DNA of 26,508 bases from a virus (Duplodnaviria > Caudoviricetes): IMG/VR virus record IMGVR_UViG_3300044878_000211, positions 1-26,508 of that record; one strand, 5' to 3'. Positions 16,805 to 23,577 of the stretch are shown here, piece after piece. The stretch's first letter is position 1. Every line of letters starts with the position of its first letter. The notes under the pieces were generated by a model. That model had not been told where the DNA came from and did not search any database. It worked only from the letters and a program-made list of their open reading frames with translations. A program made the translations under genes and the position numbers.

Positions 16805-17203
16805 ATGCACCGCTATTGGATTCGCTACACCGTGACCGCCGCGCGCCGCAGCAGCGAGCACACCCGCACCCTTGACCTGGAACACCCGCTGGAATACGAC
16901 AGCGATATCGCCGCGCTGCAGAAGACCCTCGAGGCCGCCCGCGGCCCTGGCAGCACCGTGACCCTGACCACCTGGCGTGAACTCAAGGGCGAGTCGCGTT
17001 ACGTCGATCCGTGGTCGACCGCGCGCAACCCGCTGGCCGATCCGACGCAGCCGGTGGGCTGGGTGTACACCTTGCACCTGGAGGGCGAGCGCACCGTCAG
17101 CCGCTTCAGCTGGACCCCGGACAACCCCTTCGGCGAACTCGCGGCCGGGCGCCCGCTGACCGTGTCCCGCCTGCGCCTGGACCTGGACGAGGCGGTGTCT
17201 TGA
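16805..17203 (+). CDS. Hypothetical protein
   Basis: AGGAGGAG RBS, high-GC3 codon usage. Confidence 0.65.
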   Translation: MHRYWIRYTVTAARRSSEHTRTLDLEHPLEYDSDIAALQKTLEAARGPGSTVTLTTWRELKGESRYVDPWSTARNPLADPTQPVGWVYTLHLEGERTVSRFSWTPDNPFGELAAGRPLTVSRLRLDLDEAVS

Positions 17204-17301
17204 TGCTGGGGGCGAGCGTTACTCTCGGTGGGACAGTTGGCCGCGCCGCGCCGCTGTGGCAAGGTGCGCGCCAGTCTCACGGATTTGACACGAGGGTAGG
17301 C

Positions 17302-17553
17302 ATGATCGGGAAGGCCCTGGATGAGGACACGCTGCGCCTGCTGCTGAGCCAGCACGCGGTGCGCGAGTGCAAGGTGGCGCGGCAGAAGCAGGCGCCGCAG
17401 CGCTGGACCCTGGAGGTGCGATTGGGTGGCTCGCAGGCGCGCTGGATCCCGGTGCGGTCGCGGCGTGAACCGGTGCGCACCTGGGCCAGCCTCGAGACCC
17501 TGAGCCGGTTTGCCGTCGAGGTGGGGTTGCAGGGGTTTATGGTCGAGCTGTGA
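17302..17553 (+). CDS. Small plasmid-associated protein (ParC-like family, tentative)
   Basis: 83 aa from ATG 17302; TLRLLL...AVR, RSRREPVRTWASLETL.RF...VG resembles small proteins found beside plasmid par loci. Confidence 0.55.
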   Translation: MIGKALDEDTLRLLLSQHAVRECKVARQKQAPQRWTLEVRLGGSQARWIPVRSRREPVRTWASLETLSRFAVEVGLQGFMVEL

Positions 17554-17579
17554 CCGGTCACACGCGGATCAAACGAATA

Positions 17580-17609
17580 AAAAAAGCCCCGATCAGTCGG
17601 GGCTTTTTT
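17580..17609. terminator. Bidirectional intrinsic terminator between convergent operons
   Basis: AAAAAAGCCCCGA-tcag-TCGGGGCTTTTTT. Confidence 0.9.
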
Positions 17610-17626
17610 GTGGCTGGGGGTTGGGT

Positions 17627-17770
17627 CTAGCGGTTCCACCGGGCCAGGGCCAAGGCGTGCTTGGTCCGCGGTGAGCAGGTGGCGAGGAAGTAGGCCATCT
17701 GCTGCGCCGAAAGACTCAGCAGTTGGTTCAGCGGTTTGGCGCGCAGGGTGGTATATTCGTGCTCTGACAT
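17627..17770 (-). CDS. Hypothetical 47-aa protein, third gene of par operon (not in ORF track)
   Basis: AAAAGG RBS; MSEHEYTTLRAKPLNQLLSLSAQQMAYFLATCSPRTKHALALARWNR; stops 17 nt before the terminator. Confidence 0.5.
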   Translation of the reverse strand: MSEHEYTTLRAKPLNQLLSLSAQQMAYFLATCSPRTKHALALARWNR

Positions 17771-17846
17771 GTCGTTTACCTTTTGCGGGGTTTCGGTGTG
17801 TTATGAGCGTCCAGGTCTTCGACCACCTGGACGCTCGCTCCCTTCT

Positions 17847-18146
17847 TCAGTTGCTGGGTTCCCAGCCTTTCTTTTTCATGTAATCGGCCATCGCTTCTTT
17901 CAACGCATCCACCTGCGCCAAGTCGTTGCTCGCGCAAAACGTGCGGAAGTTGCGGCGGAATTCGTGCGCGACCTTGAATCCCAAATCCACCAGCTTGTTA
18001 TCGGCGGCCACCTTGGTGTTGTTGCCGACGCTGGCCGTGTCCGCGGCGGACTGTGGCGGTTCGCCCAGACTGTTGCGGCGCGGCGGCTTGGCCACTTTGA
18101 CGGTGGGGGTTTCGGTGGTCTTGGCTTTGGTGGTCTTGGTCGGCAT
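17847..18146 (-). CDS. Ribbon-helix-helix partition adaptor (ParG/omega-like centromere-binding protein)
   Basis: Disordered basic N-terminal tail with RRN.LG, then VDLGFKV..EFRRNFR.FC......VDALKEAM RHH pattern; downstream of parA; AGGA RBS. Confidence 0.75.
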   Translation of the reverse strand: MPTKTTKAKTTETPTVKVAKPPRRNSLGEPPQSAADTASVGNNTKVAADNKLVDLGFKVAHEFRRNFRTFCASNDLAQVDALKEAMADYMKKKGWEPSN

Positions 18147-18190
18147 GGTCGTGGTCCTGTGGGGAATGATCGGAGCTTAGCAGTCGTTGC

Positions 18191-18212
18191 GCTAATTAGC
18201 TAATTCGCTAAC
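18191..18212. repeat. Array C between parA and adaptor gene
   Basis: GCTAATTA GCTAATTC GCTAAC. Confidence 0.75.
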
Positions 18213-18219
18213 GAAAAAG

Positions 18220-18873
18220 TTAAGCCGTGGTCAATCGTTGGAAGTGGTCGATGGCCGACTGGATGACCTCCATGGCTTTCAGACGCGGGCCTTTGTATGG
18301 GGTTTCGATGATCGAGCGGCCTTCGTTCATGGCGCTGGCGTAGGCGTCCTGGTGCTGGATCGAACCGTCGAGCACGGCAAAGCGGGTTTTGCCCAGGTAC
18401 TCGCGGGCGGCATCAATCGGCGCCTGGCGTTTGGTGGCCTTGCACAGGGCGAAAACGATGCGCTCGACCGGGATGCCTTCGTTGTCGACCAGGCTGTTGG
18501 CCAGGGCGACCTGTGGCTGCAAATCATCCAGGGTCAGACCGGTGGGCAAAATCAGCAGCTGGCAGGCCTTGGCGATCTTCACCGTTTCTTCGGTGGCGTT
18601 GGCCGGGCCGTCAAAGATGAACAGGTCGGCATCGCCGGCGCGGCTCAGGGCGGTGGCGACGTTGCCATACAACTGCACCGGCACGTCGGGACTGATCCCG
18701 GCGGCCAGGCGGCGGTGCTGCCAGTTGGTGGCGGTGGCTTGTTTGGTGTCGAGGTCGATGATCTTCATGAGCCAGCCGGCCTGGGTGTAGGCGGTGCCGA
18801 GGGCGCGGGCGACGGTGGATTTCCAGGCGCCGCCTTTTTGCGAGATGCAGCCAATAGCGAGAGGGATTTGCAT
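18220..18873 (-). CDS. parA: Type Ib ParA partition ATPase
   Basis: 217 aa without N-terminal HTH; deviant Walker A SQKGGAWKST, A' IDLDTKQ, Walker B IFDGP; AAGGA RBS. Confidence 0.92.
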   Translation of the reverse strand: MQIPLAIGCISQKGGAWKSTVARALGTAYTQAGWLMKIIDLDTKQATATNWQHRRLAAGISPDVPVQLYGNVATALSRAGDADLFIFDGPANATEETVKIAKACQLLILPTGLTLDDLQPQVALANSLVDNEGIPVERIVFALCKATKRQAPIDAAREYLGKTRFAVLDGSIQHQDAYASAMNEGRSIIETPYKGPRLKAMEVIQSAIDHFQRLTTA

Positions 18874-18888
18874 GCGGGGTTTCCTTGT

Positions 18889-18988
18889 GCGATTTAGCGA
18901 ATTAGCTAACGTCGAACAAAGTATAGGCGTGGCTGGAAAAGATGCATAGCGAATTTGCGAATTAGCTAATCAGCTAACTCGCAAATTG
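18889..18988. repeat. Arrays D (3 units) and E (5 units) flanking the parA promoter
   Basis: GCGATTTA GCGAATTA GCTAAC (18889-18910) and GCGAATTT GCGAATTA GCTAATCA GCTAACTC GCAAATTG (18949-18988); minus-strand -10 TATACT (18925-18920) lies between them. Confidence 0.8.
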
Positions 18989-19021
18989 AGAAGGCCGGGG
19001 GTGGCGGCTGGGGGCGGGCGG

Positions 19022-19273
19022 TTACAGCGAGGAGGCGAAGGGGGTCGTGCTCATGTGTCCGGTGAAGCTGGATAGATCGTCCAGGCCCTCCACCAATTGC
19101 GCGGCCAAGGCGGCGATGCGTTCCAGTGCATTCAAATCGCCCTCGCTAATGGCCACCTTGGCCATGGCTTGGATCCCGGCGGCCTGGGCGCTTTTGCGCG
19201 TCAGCCGTGTAAACAGGTAGCGTTGCGTGTCTTCAGTGAACAACACCACACCATCAAGCATTCCGTTAGTCAT
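19022..19273 (-). CDS. Hypothetical 83-aa protein downstream of repressor
   Basis: ATG 19273 with AAGG RBS preferred over 19327 because the upstream part is AT-rich operator-like DNA. Confidence 0.6.
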   Translation of the reverse strand: MTNGMLDGVVLFTEDTQRYLFTRLTRKSAQAAGIQAMAKVAISEGDLNALERIAALAAQLVEGLDDLSSFTGHMSTTPFASSL

Positions 19274-19282
19274 CAGATTACT

Positions 19283-19315
19283 ACCTTGCAAACTGTTAAT
19301 AACACTTAAGCTGTA
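19283..19315. promoter_or_regulatory. Putative OL operator pair
   Basis: GCAAACTGT-taat-AACACTTAAGCTGT closely repeats GCAAACTGT-aaaat-AACATTCAAGCTGT at 20056-20083. Confidence 0.6.
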
Positions 19316-19356
19316 AGTGTCGGGCATAAGAACGCCCCGGTCGGGGCATTAGGGAT

Positions 19357-20016
19357 TTAGCGAAGGTGAGCGATCATTCTAACGCGCCCGAGGATGTGCA
19401 TCTCGTCCATCGTTTGCGCGCTAATTTGTTCGTCGGGGAAGCGCTCGCGATTCTCGGCCTGCAGGCAGTACGAGCCGTCGATATTCTGGCGGATCCACCG
19501 CAGCCACAGCCTGCCATTGATGATCAAAGCAAACAGGTCATCTTGCAGCACTTTGGTGTCGGTGAGATCGATCAGCACCCGGTCATCCTTGGTGATGACG
19601 CCGCTCATGCTGTCGTCGGGGGCGACCACCAGCAGCAGGCGCTCGCGGTCCATCTTGTTCTGCTTGAGGAAGGTTTTGCGAAAGGCCAAGGCATCATCGC
19701 CCAGCTCGAGCAGGCCCTTGTTGGTGGCGATGGGCTCGGCCAGGGGCAAGGTGTAGCAGGCCGATTCCGGCGAGGTGCCGTCGTTGTCGGACAGCGCGGC
19801 GAGCCAGGCGGCGGGCTTGCCGTATAACTGACTGAGGGCAATCAACATGTCGTTGGGCGGGATGTTGATCCCCAGTTCCCAGTTGCCGTAGCGCGAGGGG
19901 ATCACTTTGTTCTGCACGATGGCCGACAGGTTTTGCGCGGTTTCTTGAAAAGTCCAGCCTTTAGCGGCTCGACACGCTTTCAAGCGGGCGGAAATCTTGG
20001 GGCGAATATCAAACAT
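19357..20016 (-). CDS. cI: CI-like repressor (XRE HTH + S24 peptidase-like domain)
   Basis: RLKACR...GWTFQETA....YGNWELG...P HTH; DDSM...I...D.VLID S24 motif; ILGRV C-terminus; divergent from cro-like gene. Confidence 0.9.
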   Translation of the reverse strand: MFDIRPKISARLKACRAAKGWTFQETAQNLSAIVQNKVIPSRYGNWELGINIPPNDMLIALSQLYGKPAAWLAALSDNDGTSPESACYTLPLAEPIATNKGLLELGDDALAFRKTFLKQNKMDRERLLLVVAPDDSMSGVITKDDRVLIDLTDTKVLQDDLFALIINGRLWLRWIRQNIDGSYCLQAENRERFPDEQISAQTMDEMHILGRVRMIAHLR

Positions 20017-20050
20017 GGGGCTCTCGACCTGGTATTTACTCCCTCAAATA

Positions 20051-20126
20051 TACACGCAAACTGTAAAATAACATTCAAGCTGTTGTTTTTTTCTGAGCTG
20101 CACTTAGAATAACCAGTAATTCTGTT
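20051..20126. promoter_or_regulatory. OR operator region and PR-like promoter
   Basis: TACA-N7-TGTA (20051-65), AACA-N7-TGTT (20070-84), ACCA-N7-TGTT (20112-26); TTGTTT-N16-TAGAAT (20083-20110). Confidence 0.6.
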
Positions 20127-20142
20127 TAAAACAGGTTGTTCT

Positions 20143-20373
20143 GTGGAACTCAACGATTGGATCAACAGCTTGGCCCCGGTCGCCGCCTCGAAGGTCGCGG
20201 CGGATCTGCTCGGCGAAAAACGCCGCACCGTGGATTCCTGGCGCCGGTTTGAAAACCCGCCGGGGTTTCGCTCGGCGTTGAACATCGTCCGGCGCTCGCA
20301 TGGGCTGGTCGATTTCAACGGGGTCTACGCGCCGTATGTGCGTGCCCTGGAGACCGCCCATGACCAGTCCTAA
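20143..20373 (+). CDS. Cro-like HTH regulator
   Basis: 76 aa; AADLLGEKRRTVDSWRRFE..P HTH; divergent from cI. Confidence 0.75.
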   Translation: MELNDWINSLAPVAASKVAADLLGEKRRTVDSWRRFENPPGFRSALNIVRRSHGLVDFNGVYAPYVRALETAHDQS

Positions 20374-20953
20374 GCCGTGGCTGTGCTCGTCGCTGGTGAT
20401 CAGTAAAAAACTCGAGCAACGCTTTGGCCTGATCGGTATGGCGCGGCTGTTAAAGCTGGTCGAACTGGTCACCGAGCGTCTGCCGGCGGAAGGGCCACCG
20501 AGTGTGATCCTGGCCTGGGGCGACTTCCTCACGGAGCTGAGTTGTAACCAGGAGCAGGCCACCGAGTTCCTTGCCTATTGCGACCATGCCCGCGTGTTGG
20601 ATCAAGCCACCGAAGACGGCCGCCTGCGCCTGACCCTGGTGGGTGAGCTGGCCAGCCGCTTGCGCCCGGCCACCCCGGACCCACTCCCGCAATCCTCCGG
20701 CCGCTTGTTGTTTGATACCGATAAGCAGTGGGCCGCCTGGTTTAAAGACGACCTCAACTGTCCGCCGTACCTGGCTAACGATCCGCTGACCCGGCAACTG
20801 TTCCGCCGCTGGTGTGCCACCAACGTCACCGTCGATGAGGTCGAGGCCGCCACCGAGCGCGCCCTGGCCGCCGGTGAAGCGCCGCTGCCCGCGGTGCTGC
20901 ACGACCACCTGAAAGTCATCCGTCAAACCAAAATCGAGCGCGCGCTGGCCTAG
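20360..20953 (+). CDS. Hypothetical protein, possible replisome-organiser-like
   Basis: GGAG RBS before ATG 20360; KKLEQRFGLIG.A..LKLVE resembles the N-terminus of phage replisome organisers; located after cro. Confidence 0.5.
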   Translation: MTSPKPWLCSSLVISKKLEQRFGLIGMARLLKLVELVTERLPAEGPPSVILAWGDFLTELSCNQEQATEFLAYCDHARVLDQATEDGRLRLTLVGELASRLRPATPDPLPQSSGRLLFDTDKQWAAWFKDDLNCPPYLANDPLTRQLFRRWCATNVTVDEVEAATERALAAGEAPLPAVLHDHLKVIRQTKIERALA

Positions 20954-20973
20954 GCGCAGCAAGGGGAATTGCT

Positions 20974-21402
20974 GTGTTGTTGATTGCACTCTCGGGCGGC
21001 CTGCCGTCGGAACGTTTGGCCATTGCTGACCACCTGGTGAACTCGGGCAAGGCCCGTCTGGCGGCCTATGCCCAGGCCACGCCACGCGCGGACATGGGCG
21101 AGGCGCGGGCGCGCATCCTCGGTGAGGCGCTCAGCGGCCTGGAGGGGCGGCGCACGCTGGCCGGCGGCTTGGTGGTGGTGCATTGCCTGTCGGCCGAAGA
21201 GGCGCACCTGGTGCGTGCGCAGGGCGGGGTGCTGTGGCATGTGCATGGCAGCGTGCTGTCGGGCTCGGTGCCGATCCGCCGCGAAGACGTGATGGTCACC
21301 GATGGCGAGGCGGGGTATGCCCACGTCCGCGCGCCGCTCGAGGCGCTGTCCGAGCTGCTGCTGGCTCAGGGTTTGGGCAAGCGGGCCACCACCCTTGGCT
21401 AG
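20974..21402 (+). CDS. Degenerate dNMP-kinase-like protein
   Basis: LLIALSG..., LVVVH....EEA..VR..GGVLWHV pattern of phage dNMP kinases, but P-loop reads GGLPSER. Confidence 0.5.
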   Translation: MLLIALSGGLPSERLAIADHLVNSGKARLAAYAQATPRADMGEARARILGEALSGLEGRRTLAGGLVVVHCLSAEEAHLVRAQGGVLWHVHGSVLSGSVPIRREDVMVTDGEAGYAHVRAPLEALSELLLAQGLGKRATTLG

Positions 21403-21601
21403 CCGGGCGCTGCCGGGCTACGCCTATGGCGACCCGGCGAAGATCGTCGAAGCCCAGGAGATTCGCGCCAAGGGCTGCAGCGTGTGCGTGCGGGCGGTGT
21501 TCATCTTTGGGCTGCCGGTGTGCAGCAACAACTTGAAGTTTCCGGCCTGTCGCCGGGATCGGCGCAACGGCCATCAGCTGACCCCTGAAGCCGGCGGTTA
21601 A
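21395..21601 (+). CDS. Small Cys-containing protein upstream of Q-like gene
   Basis: TTG start overlapping the previous stop; YGDPAKIVE..E....CSVC...C...C. Confidence 0.55.
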   Translation: MASRALPGYAYGDPAKIVEAQEIRAKGCSVCVRAVFIFGLPVCSNNLKFPACRRDRRNGHQLTPEAGG

Positions 21602-21610
21602 GGGGCACAC

Positions 21611-22033
21611 ATGGCAAGGCGCGTACGCAATGGATTGGACGATGCCCTGGAGCTGTGGGCCCGCTGGTGTTTTGCCGGGGGCGCCCCGGTCAGCAGTGGC
21701 CGCTCGATGCTGGCCAAGTTGATCGATAACAAGGGCGAGCTGATGTTTGGCAGTAGCGCCGGTTCCAGCGAACCGGCCGACAGCCTCGAGGGTGCCATTG
21801 AGGCGGCGGTACTCAATCTGTTTACCCGTGACCCGTTGTGCGCCGATGTGCTGCGCCTGGAGTATGGCGCCGGCTGGTGGGAAGTCGCGCAACGCCGGCG
21901 GATCGGCGGCTATGACCCGCGTGGGATTGGTCAATTTGAACACGCCGCAGCGCTGATGATCAGCCTGCGGACCTATCGCCGGCGGCTGGCCGAAGCCCGC
22001 GCCTTTATTCAAGACCAAGTGGGGACCGTATGA
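21611..22033 (+). CDS. Late-gene antiterminator/activator, Q-like
   Basis: LDDALELWARW, IEAAV..L, VLRLEY, C-terminal HTH ISLRTYRRRLAEAR; AAGGGG RBS. Confidence 0.65.
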   Translation: MARRVRNGLDDALELWARWCFAGGAPVSSGRSMLAKLIDNKGELMFGSSAGSSEPADSLEGAIEAAVLNLFTRDPLCADVLRLEYGAGWWEVAQRRRIGGYDPRGIGQFEHAAALMISLRTYRRRLAEARAFIQDQVGTV

Positions 22034-22530
22034 CCATGCACCCGTTGTTTGCCGGATTTAAAGACGTCAGCCCCTACGCGCTCGGCGCCGCCTTGGGCTT
22101 TGCCGTGCATGTGGACTCGGTGCGCGGTCCTTTGCCGGCCGAGCTCCCGCCGGAGCACGCCGAGCGCCTGCAGGCCGGTGGCGAACTGTCGGGCTTCTGC
22201 TGGGTCGGTGGCTGGGAGGCGCCAGGGGTTGCGCACTGCCTGATGTTCGTCAAGCCGCTGACCGCCCTGGCGTCGGTGTGCTGGCTGGCCGGCCTGGGTG
22301 GCCAGTGGCGTGAACTGCGCCCGAGCTACTTCTACACCGGCGCGCAGGTGCTGGGTGATCTGGAGGCCGCGCTGTATGCGGCCGGCGGTGAATCCACGCT
22401 GGGCTGGCCACGGGTGGCGCCGGCGGACACGCAGCTGTTCGCCGAGGCCTTTGCCTTGTTGCTAGACGGCTTCCTGGTGCAGACCGGCAACGATGAGCTG
22501 CCCCTGGATTGCCTGGCGGTGTCGGTGTGA
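22030..22530 (+). CDS. Hypothetical protein
   Basis: ATGA overlap with upstream gene, codon usage. Confidence 0.6.
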   Translation: MTMHPLFAGFKDVSPYALGAALGFAVHVDSVRGPLPAELPPEHAERLQAGGELSGFCWVGGWEAPGVAHCLMFVKPLTALASVCWLAGLGGQWRELRPSYFYTGAQVLGDLEAALYAAGGESTLGWPRVAPADTQLFAEAFALLLDGFLVQTGNDELPLDCLAVSV

Positions 22531-23312
22531 GCCGGTTCGTGCTGTGCAACTGCCCCGCCGGTTTCGCGGCCGACCCTGAGCGTCATGCACCGGATTGCCC
22601 TGGGCGGTCGGGCGCGGGAAAGCCAAGACTTACCCTGGCGGGCAGCCCCGGTACGCCGGTCACACCGCGCCCAGGCCGGGAGTTTTGGGACCGACTGAAC
22701 AGCCTGCCGCGCTACATGTTTTTGCTGCGCCCGTCTGGGGCCGGCGTGCAGCGCCTTGAAGACCCCACTGGCAATTGGCTCGACGCGCACGAAGCGCAGA
22801 AAGTGGTCGAGGCGGCGCAGGATGAACTCAACGAATGCCGGGCTGAATGGTATTTGGCTCTAGCCCGTGAGGAAGCCCTGACCGTTCGCCTCGAGCAAAA
22901 AATCACCGAGATCATTGACGGGACGACCAAGGCGATTGACTCGTATCACAAAGAGGCCGCCCTGCAGGAGCGTCTAAATGTGGTCGATCAGCGCGTGGAT
23001 GAACTGGAGACCGAGAACGCCGCGCTGCGCAAGGCAGCCAAACACTCGGCCATGCGAATCAAAGAGCTGGACCTGCTGTTTGGTCGCTACCTGCTCGGCA
23101 TGCGCGCCGCGGTCATCGAGCTGGAGCATGGCCAGGGGGCCGAGGAGGCGATGCGTTGGATCGTCAACGGCCTGGCGGGACCGGGCCAGTTCGCCCCGGA
23201 CGACGCCACGGATGCCCAGGCCTACTTCGACCGCGAGATCGTGGCCGTCGACGCGGGCATGCAGGAGGTGATGGCCTTCTTTCATCCTGCCCCTCAAGAG
23301 GTCGCGCCATGA
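22527..23312 (+). CDS. Ead/Ea22-like mosaic coiled-coil protein
   Basis: GTGA overlap; N-terminal CxC..H..C, central coiled coil, C-terminal MRAAVIE..HG.GAE.AM.WIVN.LAGPG. Confidence 0.6.
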   Translation: MSRFVLCNCPAGFAADPERHAPDCPGRSGAGKPRLTLAGSPGTPVTPRPGREFWDRLNSLPRYMFLLRPSGAGVQRLEDPTGNWLDAHEAQKVVEAAQDELNECRAEWYLALAREEALTVRLEQKITEIIDGTTKAIDSYHKEAALQERLNVVDQRVDELETENAALRKAAKHSAMRIKELDLLFGRYLLGMRAAVIELEHGQGAEEAMRWIVNGLAGPGQFAPDDATDAQAYFDREIVAVDAGMQEVMAFFHPAPQEVAP

Positions 23313-23494
23313 GTGACGATGCGCTGGCCGCCCTGGTTGTGTGCTACCTGGCTGGTTGCACCATCACCCTGCTGACCACCGACGTGCCGGAGCATGAGCG
23401 CTTTTTGTTCCGGCGGGTCGCGGTATGGCCGCTGTTTTGGGCCTATGTGCTCATCAAGATGGGCTTCATGTTGCTGCAGGAATTTCGTCGCTAA
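23309..23494 (+). CDS. Small membrane protein, 61 aa
   Basis: GAGG RBS, ATGA overlap; two hydrophobic segments (YL.G ... WPL.W). Confidence 0.6.
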   Translation: MSDDALAALVVCYLAGCTITLLTTDVPEHERFLFRRVAVWPLFWAYVLIKMGFMLLQEFRR

Positions 23495-23521
23495 CTAGCT
23501 AATTCGCTAAATCGCTAATCA
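23490..23521. repeat. Array F (4 units) upstream of tyrosine recombinase
   Basis: GCTAACTA GCTAATTC GCTAAATC GCTAATCA. Confidence 0.8.
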
Positions 23522-23577
23522 GGCGCAGCCCGCGTCACGGGTTCGTTTGGCCTGAAGATCGTCCAAGGAGGCTGTTT

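Noticed and set aside
14441-23521. GCTAATTA arrays as CRISPR or rep iterons
   Set aside because: No spacers or cas genes; the 8-bp units are concentrated around par rather than rep.
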